From Octopus sinensis (taxonomy: Eukaryota): DNA of 64,000 bases. The stretch lies in assembly GCF_006345805.1 (NCBI RefSeq), contig NC_042997.1:68076001-68140000 (forward strand), written 5' to 3'. Below are positions 15,039 to 27,315 of this stretch, in pieces; within the stretch, counting starts at the first letter, position 1; every line of letters begins with the position of its first letter. A model generated the notes under the pieces. The model was not told where the DNA came from. It made no database searches and saw nothing but the letters and a program-made list of their open reading frames with translations. Both the position numbers and the translations under genes were made by a program.

Positions 15039-15337
15039 CAAAATGTATCTATCGCTATACAGGGTGTTTGGGCCAAATCTGACGACTTTTATGTCTGTTT
15101 TTTCAGGAATAGCTTGATGGATTGGAGAACATAAAGATTATGCCACATACACACACACGCGCGCGCGCACACACACACTTTACACACAGATACCAACCAT
15201 TCTTCACACTCTCATGTCCCAGAAAACACTTTCTCTTTGTCCTTCTACTTCCGGTCATTTCAAAAATGTGACTACACGTGGACTGCTGGCGATCCTCTTT
15301 TCTTCCTTTTCCCTTTTCCTTTGGAATTTCCTGTTTC

Positions 15338-15372
15338 GTTTCCGAAGAAGAAGTATGCTCGAAACGAAAAAC
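15338..15372 (+). ncRNA. Degenerate minimal hammerhead motif in a Penelope-type pLTR remnant
   Basis: ttt CCGAAGA A GAA gtatg CTC GAAAC GAA; core and cleavage triplet are mutated. Confidence 0.4.
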
Positions 15373-17435
15373 AACCACTCTTTTCCTTCTCTGGGCATCT
15401 TATTTAATCAACATGTATCATCTTATTGTTTCTCTTGTCATTGATTGTATGTTGTTAGCATTTAAAAAAAATTTGTTATATTCATATATTTATCTGCATG
15501 TGTTTACTTTATGCGCATTTCAGTATTATGTACACCTATCATGTATTTGTGTACATTAATATTTGTGTAATCATTAATATATAAGTGCATGTAAATGTAT
15601 GTATTCATATATAATTTTATATGTACATTTATGCATCCATGTGTTTGCGTGTGTGTGTGTGTGTGTGTGTGCGTGTATGTGTGTATGTGTGTGTGTGTAT
15701 GTGTGTATGTAAAGTTGAGTAACGTTTACATGACTGGATTTGTATGTGTGTATGTGTGTGTATGTGTGTATGTGTGTGTGTAAAGTTGAGTAACGTTTAC
15801 ATGACTGGATTTGTAAACTACTATAAGAGTAACATTGGTCAAAAAGAATTTGTCCCAAAAGCACAGAAAAATATGTAAAATGCAAACACAGAAAAATTAA
15901 AACAAAACACGTAGGTGAAAAGAATCTCGTGGTATGAAGAATCAAGTGTGAAAAATCAACATAGAACATCGTGCGGCACTGACAACAGTGGCCGTCATGG
16001 TAACAAGCTGCTAATGCCACGCTGTCTGTTGATTGGCTAACATTACCCAAATTTCTCAACTTTAATTCTAAATAACATCAGATTCTTAATTTACGAGATA
16101 AAGTAATTCGTTAATCGTAATCAAAATTCAGAATTGTATCGATACACCAAAATTGAAAGTAATCTGAACAAAATTAAATGGGGCTCATTTTATGAATGGA
16201 AAAGGCTAGATCCCGTTTTTATACACGTTACTACTCTATCTCGTCTTAAGATTTTATAACTAGCTACTTTGCTTGTTGCAAATCGGTGGTCACTTTGTTT
16301 ACAATATGTTGTTGGCAGAAGCGGATCTTGGCTATCACTCCAGTGCGCAGGCGCGCGTGGCTGACAAAGAGCCAACTAGCTCGAAACTGGGCCAGTCCCA
16401 CGTTCTTGTTAGCTAATGGAGTGTTAGTAGGGGGTTCGCTCCCCCTTCTAGCAATGTATTGTAATATAAAGGATGCAGATTGTGCACCGAAAGCCAGCTG
16501 GCGGAGAAGCTGCCTGTATTTACACTAGAAGTAACATCCACCTGCTACTTTGATGTGGCAACGTATTGATGTTTTCGGACGTGTTACTACTATATCTCGT
16601 CTTGAGGTGTCATAACTAGCTACTTTGCTTATATATATATATATATATATAATGGTAATTGATTAAGTAACAGAAGATGGAATTGGGATTAATCTTTTTT
16701 TTGTACAACGATCGCTTCGACCCATCCTACTACTGTCCCTTATGGGTGCGTCTTCGTTCAACATGTTGTGTTGCATCCATTTTGCAGTCTTGGTCGCATC
16801 AAGTACATCCATACATAAAGTGGTCTCTCGTTAAAGTTCTTGAGTTTAGGCGGTCATGTTATATGTTCGTCGAGTTAGAGAATGAAGCATTGTTACAGTT
16901 TTCATTATTATTAGCTTTCCATAACAAAAACTGTAAACATTTGTAAATATAAACAAATAACTATAGATAAGAAAGAAAAGAAGGAAAAGAGAAAAATTTT
17001 TGCAAGGGAAGTGAATAGATGAACAAATAGGGATTGAGTTACATTAGGCTGAGTTACATTGGGTTCTAGAAAAAGGAACGCTAAAGTGCCTTGGGGGCGA
17101 AGGTTGGTAAGCTTGCTAACTTAGGTCGGGTTGCGTTTAGGCATATACACACACATTCATACACACTCATACCCGTACATACACTCACGTCGGCACCCCC
17201 GTCCATTTGGCCAATTTCGACCGCAGTTCGTACAATTTGTGGTCGGAAGATAACTACATGAAAAGTCTATATTCACAGCTACTTTAAGATTAGGGCAGCT
17301 TGTAAACAGTTTGACGCATCGTATATCAATACCACTCAGTGTGAGTCACACACGCATATACCTATATATACACATATACATACTTGCACACACATACACA
17401 CGCACGCACACACACACATACACACACACATACAT

Positions 17436-17490
<55 letters not shown>

Positions 17491-17503
17491 CACAAACATA
17501 TAT

Positions 17504-17848
17504 ATATACATATATACAAAATATTAGAAAAAAACACCTTTTATCAATTCAAAATGAATAATTGAATTACATAATCTTGAAAATTACATATAATAGAAAA
17601 GTTAAAATTAAAATAACAATAAAAAGTAAAGATTAAATAAATTACAAAAAATACTAAAAATGTATATGATAGTATATATACCTATTATATACATTTTTAT
17701 TACATTTTTATTATTTTTGTAATTTACTTAATCTTTACTTTTTATTGTTTTTTTAATTTTAACTTTTCTATTATATGTAATTTTCTAGATTATGTAATTC
17801 AATTATTCATTTTGAATTGATAAAAGGTGTTTTTTTTCTAATATTTTA

Positions 17849-17860
<12 letters not shown>
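17504..17860. repeat. Long AT-rich near-perfect inverted repeat (foldback or MITE-like) within (TA)n
   Basis: Arms at about 17518-17666 and 17687-17847 are reverse complements with few differences; loop about 20 nt. Confidence 0.9.
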
Positions 17861-18120
<260 letters not shown>

Positions 18121-18123
18121 TGT

Positions 18124-18363
18124 GGAGGCGCAATGGCCTAGTGGTTAGGGCAGCGGACTTGCGGTCGGAGGATCGCGGTTTCGATTCCCTGACCGGGCGT
18201 TGTGTGTGTTTATTGAGCGAAAAAAAACACCTAAAAGCTCCACGAGGCTCCGGTAGGAGGTGGTGATCCCTGCTGTACTCTTTCACCACTCTAAAGGCGG
18301 TGCTCCAGCATGGCCGCAGTCAAATGACTGAAACAAGTACAAAAAAAAAAAATAAAAAAATAA
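18124..18363 (+). mobile_element. SINE with a tRNA-Arg-like head and the family-A 3' tail
   Basis: A box tggcctagtgg and B box ggtttcgattcc. Head matches 26431; the tail taaaggcggtgctccagcatggccgcagtcaaatgactgaaacaagta matches 52930-52977; then an A-rich tail. Confidence 0.85.
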
Positions 18364-18513
18364 ATTCGGTGTGTGGTGAGGCAAATCGTTGCTAAACCCT
18401 TAATTACTTAGTATATATATATATATTATTTTGTGTGGAATTTGATTTAGTATTTCTAAATTGAATTTTTTTTCCTTGTAAGTTTGGATTTTATTCCCTC
18501 AAATAATAATTAT

Positions 18514-18577
<64 letters not shown>

Positions 18578-18581
<4 letters not shown>

Positions 18582-18810
18582 GTTGCATAATGTCAACATA
18601 ACGTGACAGTCCCGTAAAGGGAATTACACCATGCATGTCTCCAGGTTGCTAGTCCTAGTTGGTGGGGGTGTTTGCCTCCCCTTTGCAAATATAAGGACAT
18701 AGGGAATGTGTCAAAGCCAACAGGAAGCGTCGATGCTTCCTAGGGCTATATAGCGGTGGTGTAATTCCCTTTACGGGACTGTCACGTTATATTGACATTA
18801 TACAACCACT
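18578..18810. mobile_element. MITE with 54-bp TIRs, superfamily unassigned
   Basis: 18578-18631 and 18757-18810 are reverse complements with 3 mismatches. Confidence 0.8.
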
Positions 18811-19032
18811 CTATCGCTCCATCACCGCTCATGTCTCTTCGAGACATTTAGAAATTTAATATTTCTAATATATATATACAAGTAATAGTGACCACATGTG
18901 GTCCCTCTCTTATTACTTGTATTTATAATTTTTACTGTATCACAGTTTTTTTACGCTAGGCCACTTGGTGTTTTAAATTGATGTTATTAATTAATATTCA
19001 ATTTTTTTCACCCTTATCGTGATTTTAATTAT

Positions 19033-19079
<47 letters not shown>

Positions 19080-20001
19080 CGTTCGTTTCTCTATTGTACC
19101 TTCTTCAAACCCGAAAATCGCCATTACTATTCTCAATCAAAACTTCCTTCTTCTCCAACTCAGACTTCCGGTCACTCTATTTAAATGCACCTTGTCCTCC
19201 CACTTCTATTCATTCTTCTTCGATCACAGCGATGTCCAAAGCAAGCTAAGATTTTTCTCCTCTTTTCTTCCGGACCTCGTACAACATACACGCATTTGCC
19301 GCTACCGCTTAAATGTTTGAACTTATCCACTAATCTGCTTGTTCCTTTTCTTTCTCCACGAAATTTAATCCTTTAATTCTTTTAACCCCCCCCCGGTATA
19401 AAAGTTAATTCGTTCGTTTCTCTATGCTACCCTTTCCAACCCCGAAGATCTTCGCCATTCGCGGTGCGCCCGCCCTTTCCCACCCCCACCACCAATACCG
19501 GGGAACACTGTTCACACCATCTACACCGGATATGCCCTCCCCCACCACCATTACGTGTGTCTATCCCTCCTACCCCTCCTCCTCACATGCTTTTCACTAT
19601 GTATTACCCCTGCCTCCTCCCCCAAGACAAGCAGCTAGCGCCGCAGCTCATCAACCGTCCCACTTATCTTACGTTTCCTCCTGTTTTGAAATCTGTCACT
19701 GCCTCAACCGGCTATCTCCTTCCAGTCCCCTCCCCCCTCGTGATATCCTACGTTTTATTTCCTACGTTTCATTCTGTCTAGAAACTGCACCAACCCTACC
19801 TGTTATCGTTCCTCCTTACCCCAACCCTCCCCACTGGTGCTTCACTATATTACCTGCACCCCCCACTTTCTCTTCCTCTCCCTCTCTTCTCACTGGTGGA
19901 ACCTTTCTCAGCTGGAACCCCCCCCAACCCAACTCTAGAATATCCATGTTTCTGCTACGCTGCCTAATTACGTTACTCAGTGACGATAATGCTTGCTTAG
20001 A

Positions 20002-23000
20002 ATGCTACTAACACCACAACAACCCTCTTCTTTTCAGGCGCTGAATAGCTCCCCCCTCCCCCACATCTCCATCCCAGTTTTCAGAGTTGGCACTGTCAAT
20101 GTTGGTACATTGAAAGGTAGGTCTAGTGAGATTGTAGAGATGCTTGAGAGAAGACAGGTTGATGTATGCTGCATACAAGGGGTAAGATGGAGAGGTGCTT
20201 CAGCTAGGGTCCTCACAGGCAAGGCACTTAGGTACAAAGTCTTCTGGCAAGGTAACATGGAAGGTGTAGGGGGTGTAAGCATTCTCCTTGCGGAGAAATG
20301 GGTGGATAAGGTCATAGAGGTTGTCAGGGTTTGCGATAGAGTGCTTAAGCTCAGGTTGGTCCTACAGAGTGGCACAGCTACGATTATCTCCGCCTATGCC
20401 CCACAAGCGGGACTACCAAATGATCAGAAGGACCACTTTTATGATACCCTTCTACAGGCTACTTCAAAGACTAGTAGCAAGGACCTCATCTTTGTGGGTG
20501 GAGATTTTATTGGGCATGTTGGGCGGGAATCGGGTATCTTCACTGGGGTACACGGTGGCCATGGTATTGGCACCAGAAATGATGAGAGAACTAGACTACT
20601 GGAATTCTGTGATGCATGTAACCTTTTAATCTGCAACACTAACTTCAAGAAGCCTGACTGCCACCTTATAACCTATCAGTCAGGAGACTCCGCTAGCCAA
20701 ATAGACTTCATCCTCACCAGACAGCAGGATGCAGGGTCGCTCTTGAATACAAAGACCCTCCCGGGTGAAGAATGTATCACTCAGCATAGACTAATCATCA
20801 GTGACTTTAAGCTTGAGGCCAGAAGGACTCCAAGAAACAAACCAATCCAGAAAAGAAGGATTTGGAAGCTAAAGAACCCTTCGCATGGTCAGAAATTTAG
20901 GGACATACTCATCAAGAAATTTGATGAGAGGGAGGAGGAGCTTCAGACGTCAGACATAGAAGGTAGCTGGGAATTCCTACGGGACAGCTTGCTGAGTGCC
21001 ACAGACCGAGTCTGTGGATGGTGCAAAGTCCCTTCCAGAACTAGAGTTACGTGGTGGTGGAATAGTGCAGTAGACAAAGCCATTAGTGCAAAGAGACGGG
21101 CCTGGAAAGCCTGGAGGGATGGGGGTAGCAGGGAACTGTACCAGGTAGCCAAAAGGGAGGCTGGGCGGCAGGTATACATAGCCAAAGATGTAGCAGAAAA
21201 GAAGAAGTTTGCCAATGTCCAGCGACGTGAGGACCAAAGAGCTGAGGTATTTCGGATTGCCAGACAATGTGTCAGAGAAAATAGTGATGTTACAGGAGAG
21301 AAATGTGTCCGCATGGATGATGGGGCACTTGCTTTTACTGTTGGTGAAAAGAAAGAGGCTTGGAGAAGCCATTATGAAAGACTGCTGAATGAGGAGAATG
21401 AATGGGAGGAGGAGAGCCTGCCAAATGTTGACCCAGTAGAGGGACCAGCTACCCGAATAGACAGCTCCCTTGTAGTTAAGGCAATTAAGGATATGAAACC
21501 AGGTAAAGCCCCCGGCCCATCAGGAATCACTGCTGAGATGCTTAAAACAGCTGGCTATGTGGGCTATGTCCTAGTCACGCGCATTGTAAACCAGGTAGTT
21601 CATAATGGAGTCATACCCAATGACTGGCGTAGCAGCACCATAGTCAACTGCTACAAGGGTAAGGGTGATGCTCTAGATAGAAATAACTACAGGGGTATGA
21701 AACTGTTGGATCAGGTGATGAAGGTCACAGAGAGGGTCATAATCCATCTCATTAGGGAGAGAATTTGCTTAGATGAGATGCAGTTCGGTTTTGTGCCGGG
21801 TAGAAGCACCACTGATGCTATATTCCTGGTCCGACAACTGCAGGAGAAGTACCTAGCTAAAGATAAACCCCTCTACATAGCTTTTGTGGACTTGGAGAAA
21901 GCCTTTGACAGGGTTCCCCGTTCCCTTATCTGGTGGTCGATGCGGAAACTGGAGATTGACGAATGGCTAATAAGGGTTGTACAGGCTCTATACAGAGAGG
22001 CTGTCAGCAAGGTTAGGATTGGCAACGAATATAGTGAAGAATTCCGGGTAGAAGTAGGTGTGCACCAAGGCTCAGCCCTCAGTCCCCTTTTATTCATCAT
22101 AGTCCTCCAGGCAATAACAGAGGAATTCAAAACAGGATGCCCCTGGGAGCTCCTCTATGCTAATGACCTGGCTCTCATAGCAGAATCACTACCGGAACTA
22201 GAAAAGAAATTTCGGGTGTGGAAGCAAGGGTTAGAATCAAAGGGCCTTAGAGTAAATGTAGCAAAGACCAAAGTTATAGTAAGCAGAAAGGCGAACTCAG
22301 CACACACACCCTCGGGAAGGTGGCCCTGCTCGATCTGAGGGAAAGGTGTAGGTAGAAACTCCATAAGATGCACCCAATGTAAGCTATGGACGCACAAGAG
22401 GTGCAGCAACATTAAAGGGAAATTAACAGATAATATAGCTTTCATGTGCGGCAGATGCACAGGGACAATAGACACCACAGACACTCAGAAAACAGATTCC
22501 ATCACACTCCAGGGAGAGAAACTAGAAGTAGTTGATAATTTCCGCTACTTGGGTAACCAAGTTAGTAGTGGAGGTGGATGCACAGAGAGTATCACCACTA
22601 GAATACGAATAGCCTGGGCAAAGTTCAGAAAGCTCCTACCCCTACTGGCGACAAAGGGTCTCTCGCTCAGAGCGAAAGGTAGATTGTATGATGCATGTGT
22701 GCGAACTACCATGCTTCACGGTAGTGAAACATGGGCTGTGACTGCAGAGGACATGCGTAGACTTGAAAGAAATGAAGCTAGCATGATCCTCTGGATGTGT
22801 AATGTCAGTGTGCACTCACGACAGAATGTAAGCACCCTGAGAGAAATGCTGGATATAAGAAGCATCAGATGTGGTGTGCAAGAGCGACGCTTGCGATGGT
22901 ATGGTCATGTGCTGCGGATGGATGAGGAGAGATGTGTGAAGAAGTGCCACTCCCAAACAGTTGAAGGTATCAGGGGGAGAGGTAGACCCAGGAAGACATG

Positions 23001-23127
23001 GGATGAGGTAGTCAAGCATGACCTCAGAGCGTTGGGCCTCACTGAGGCAATGGCGAAGAACCGAGATCTCTGGAGATATGCTGTGACTGCAAAGACCCGG
23101 GCTGCTTTCTGCATCAGTTCCGCATAG
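20002..23127 (+). pseudogene. RTE ORF (APE-RT with internal PHD finger); one in-frame TGA and catalytic-site substitutions
   Basis: ORFs 19993..22338 and 22444..23127 are in the same frame, separated only by TGA 22336-22338. YADD reads YAND, IQE reads IQG, GDFN reads GDFI. Confidence 0.9.
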
Positions 23128-23260
23128 CCCCTGCCCATTCAAAGTACCCTGGATCCCAGAACGTCCCGCTGTGCTTGAGGAGAACTGTTGAGTCAAGTAC
23201 ATGAACATGAACGTCGAAATAAATATCAATGGAAATAGTAGTTGTGATGCCTGTGCCGAT

Positions 23261-23540
23261 GGCACATAAAAAGCACTATCCGAACGTGGCCGATGCCAGC
23301 GCCGCCCCGACTGGCTTCTGGGCCGGTGGCACATAAAAAGCACCATCCGAACGTGGCCGATGCCAGCGCCGCTCCGACTGGCTTCTGTGCCGGAGGCACA
23401 TAAAAAGCACCATCCGAACGTTGCCAGCGCCGCCTTGGCTGGCTTCCGTGCCGCTGGCACGTTAAAAGCTCCAACCGATCGTGGCCGATGCCGGACCCCC
23501 CCCTGGCACCTGTGCAGTTGGCACGTAAAAAGCACCCACT
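23261..23540 (+). repeat. Tandem 61-67 bp hairpin-forming units in the RTE 3' UTR
   Basis: ggcac(a/g)taaaaagcac-type starts at 23261, 23328, 23395, 23456 and 23520. Confidence 0.9.
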
Positions 23541-23778
23541 ACACTCGCGGAGTGGTTAGCGTTAGGAAGGGCATCCAGCCGTAGAAACTCTGCCAGATCA
23601 GACTGGAGCCTGGAGCAGCCCCTGGCTTCCCAGACCCCGGTCGAACCGTCCAACCCGTGCTAGCGCGGAAAACGGACGTTAAACGATGATGATGATGATG
23701 ATGATGATGATATATACATACATACATATATACATATGTGTATATTTATACGAACACGCACGCAAACACATATACCTG

Positions 23779-23810
<32 letters not shown>

Positions 23811-24369
23811 ATGTATGTATACACACATACACACATACATACCCACATACATATATACACACATACTCACGTACACACATACACATATATATGCATACAC
23901 GCACACACACTCACACATATACTTACATACACATATACACATGCGTAAATTCCCGTCTAGATCTATAAATATTTACTGCCTCGTTTGTTTTCAAAGTAGT
24001 AAGTTTTTGTTGACATATTTTAATTATATGCAACTTTATTGTGAAGTTTCATATATGAACATGTATGAACATATACAGTCGTGTATGAACATAATAAAGC
24101 ATACTTTTGTCTCCTTAGTTTATTCAGCAATGAGGTTTTTTTTAAATCTATAATCTAGTATCTTTTTGGTTGCAGATTTTAGTGACGCACGGTTGCACTC
24201 TGAAGGCATCATACAGGCACATATCTAACCGTATACAAGGATAATATAATGAAATTATTGCATAAAGTGATCAGGTGCACCACAACTTGTCAAAAGTGCG
24301 TATAAAGCATATACAGTAATGTACAAATGTCTGGAAAGTGAACAGTGTATGAGTCAGATACATGCTTGT

Positions 24370-25113
24370 GTGTGTATGGAGGGGAGAAAATTAGGTGTAG
24401 TTGGTGAATCTCAGGAAGCATGGAAGCTTTGAAGGATGCAGTGCTCCGACAACTAACAACTGATGCCGGCAGTTTTTTTCCATACTTCAGCAATTCTTAG
24501 CGTGAAAAAATGTTTCCGAAAGTCATAGGAGCTGTGCTGTTTTCTGACTTTGTAAACATGTCCACGGGTGTTAGACAGGTGGAGTTTGAAAAGGTGCTCA
24601 GAGTTATTGTTAGTAAGATGGCTAATAATTTTATGGGTGTCTGCCAAGTCAGCTGCTAGACGTCAGAGTTTCAATGTGTCCATGCCCAGGGAAGTAAGGC
24701 GTTCAGAATATGGCAAATACCTGATGGAGGGTATTTTCTTGGTTGCACGTCGCTGAACGGTTTCCAAACGATTATTATCCTGGGTAAGATAGGGGTTCCA
24801 GACCGGTGATGCAAATTCCAGGTGAGGCCGCACCATAGCTATACAAAGCCGCAGACAGATAGTTGGAGAGCGGCTCATAAAGGATTTGGTAAGTGATGCC
24901 AAGTCTTCTTAGCAATTTTAGCAATGCATTTTGTTCAATGCAAATCGCTGTCGACAATAATGCCTCGGCCACGTTCACAAGAAGACTTTTTGAGATTAGT
25001 GTTGTGGAGGGAGTAAGTAGACGCTGGGTTTTTCCTCCCAAAATGCATAGTGGTATATTTGTCCACAGCCAGCTTGAGTTGCCAGGCCATGATCCATTGC
25101 TGCATTGTGTCCA
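24370..25113 (-). mobile_element. CR1-clade LINE 3' fragment
   Basis: VRPHLEFASPVWNP...RLETVQRRATK...YSERL and TRGHVYK...RKHFFTLRIAEVW; frameshifted. Confidence 0.85.
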
Positions 25114-25517
25114 GCAGAATCGCTAGCAAGCCGGGCAAAATAGCAGCATTTCGTCCGTCATTCCGTTCTGAGTTCAAATCCCGCCGAGGTCGACTTTGCC
25201 TTTCATTCTTTCTGGATCGATAAGTTAAGTACCAGTGAAACACCGGGATCGATGTAATCGGCTAGTCCCCTTCATCATTGTTATTATTAAGGTGGCGAGC
25301 TGACACAATCGTTAGCACATCAGAGGAAATGCGCAACAATATTTTGACCATCTTTACGTTGTGAGTTCAAATTTCGCCGAGGTCGACTTTGCCTTTCATT
25401 CTGTCGGGATCGATAAATTAAATACCAGTTAAACACTGGGGTCGGTTTAATCGACTAGTCCCCTTCCCACAAATTTCAGCCCTGTTGTGCTTATTGTAGA
25501 AAAGATTATTATTATTA

Positions 25518-25568
<51 letters not shown>

Positions 25569-25788
25569 GGCCGCGAGCTGACACAATCGTTAGCACATCA
25601 GAGAAAATGCTCAACAGTAGTTTTTACGTTCTGTGTTCAAATTCCGCCGAGGCTGACTTTACCTTTTACCCTTTCGAGGCGAATAAAATAAGTACCAGTG
25701 TAGCTCTGGGGTCGATACAATAAACAAGGCCCATTTCCCCAAATTCCAGGCCTTGTGCCAATAGTGAAAGAATTATTGTTTCTGTGGT
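25114..25788 (+). mobile_element. Three tandem SINE family B copies separated by (ATT)n
   Basis: Units at about 25114-25273, 25289-25505 and 25567-25788 share gttcaaat..cgccgagg.(c/t)gacttt(g/a)ccttt...agtaccag. Confidence 0.85.
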
Positions 25789-26430
25789 TCTGCTGTTGGG
25801 TTTGGTGTAGGTAGCTGTCATGTCAGCAACACAAATCTGTTCGTCTGTTTGTATGTCAATTCTTGAAAAGAATTGTTATATACCTTCTCCTTAAGCAGAT
25901 TAGAACATATAGGGGCGGCTGATCTCTTTGTGTCTCACTTCTTTGGGGATCAAACTTGTTAAAACATTTTTCAATATTGTTTTGAAAAAAAACTTTTTTT
26001 ACGAACATGGTGTAGATTTTCACACCAGCAACGTTAACCGAGCAGTAAGAAGTGACTTGAAAGGAAGTGACAGCACGTATCAAAGTTTTTTCCCTTTACC
26101 CTACCTCTTCAGGGAAAGAAAGAAGAACGTTTATCAAGCGTTGAAAGTTAAAAGTCCAAATATTTGCCTGAATGCTGTTGTGGCAAACAACAGTAGCAGT
26201 AACAACAGCAATAATAACAACAACAATAACATTAACGAAAGTAATAACAGCGGCAACAATAGTTTTTTCGCTGCTGAATGGGGTGAAGCTACGAGTACGC
26301 GTATGGAGCACACAACCACGATGCCACGGCTGTGGAATAGTTGAATATTTCAGAGCATTCTGCTCACACAACCAAAGCAAGAAAATGTCAAAACTTCACC
26401 GTTCCCAACAGCATTGCAGCAGCAGCATCA

Positions 26431-26812
26431 GAAGGCGCAATGGCCCAGTGGTTAGGGCAGCGAGCTCGCGGTCGGAGGATCGCGGTTTCGATTCTCAGAC
26501 CGGGCATTGTGTGTGTTTATTGAGCGAAAACACCTAAAGCTCCAGCAGGGGTGGTGGCGACCCCTGTTGTACTCTTTCGCTCCAGCATTCTCTCACTCTT
26601 TCTTCCTGTTTCTTGTCCCCGACTTCCTACGCAACCGCTGAGCCTGGATGCGCATTCTCCATCCGTCGATGCTCTCGGTGTCGGGGGTTGACCTGCTTTC
26701 TCTTCTACGGGTCTTACGAATAGCAAAGGACCACGTTTCGGACCCCTCCCATTACAGATATAGGACGAAGACCGCTTCGCTCAACAAATAAAACAAACAA
26801 ACAAACAAACAA
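26431..26812 (+). mobile_element. SINE with a tRNA-Arg-like head, (CAAA)n tail and TSD
   Basis: A/B boxes as at 18124; TSD gcagcagcatca at 26419-26430 and 26813-26824. Confidence 0.9.
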
Positions 26813-26921
26813 GCAGCAGCATCATTGCAGCAGCAGAAACTGTCGAAATAGTAACAACTGTAGCATCAATAGCATCAACAACAAATTCATAAGCTCCTGT
26901 AGCAACTGTGGTGGCGACATA

Positions 26922-27315
26922 TCTCTCTCTATATATAAAGCTGAAGTTGTCTGTGTATGGCAGGTTTGGTAGCCTTCAACTAACACTATCTCCTCCGAGA
27001 CCCTGCGGCGCAAGTTGACCAAAATTGAGAGTATGATAGAAGAAGGCTTGCTCTTCATTCTGTAGAAGATAAAATTCAAATCAGACCAAGTTAAGATAAA
27101 AAATTATTTACATAAAAAAAATGCTTTTTTTCTATGAAAATCCCTATTTTTTACGATTTTTTGACTGCTGTGTCGCCATTTTTCGGTGTATTTCAACCAG
27201 AAAAATGTTCGCTGAAAGAGAATTACGAGTTACATAATACAAATGTTTTACTTTTCAAAAATTCCAATTCTAAAGGGTCGAAACAAACCCGAGCAACGCC
27301 GGATGATACTGCTAG
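26922..27315 (+). mobile_element. Non-autonomous Helitron
   Basis: 5' TC after A (a|tctctctctatatataaag), subterminal hairpin-like cccgagcaacgccgg, 3' CTAG followed by T, no TSD. Confidence 0.7.

Larger units (their letters stand above)
19993..23711 (+). mobile_element. Near full-length RTE-clade LINE (possible leader back to 19077), (GAT)n tail
   Basis: RVGTVNVGTL (APE start), KAPGPSGI, NYRGMKL, FVDLEKAFDRVPR, HQGSALSP, GRGRPRKTW...DLWR. 3' UTR ends ggacgttaaac(gat)n. Confidence 0.95.

Noticed and set aside
18127-18195. tRNA-Arg gene (also at 26434)
   Set aside because: The anticodon and acceptor stems do not close and the sequence continues into SINE bodies with tails or TSD.
22336-22338. 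Selenocysteine reading of the lone TGA at a PHD cysteine position
   Set aside because: No convincing SECIS in the 3' UTR, and the RT and APE catalytic residues are also mutated, so a plain Cys-to-stop mutation is simpler.
23261-23540. CRISPR-like array
   Set aside because: Eukaryotic LINE UTR; the whole unit repeats and there are no unique spacers or cas genes.
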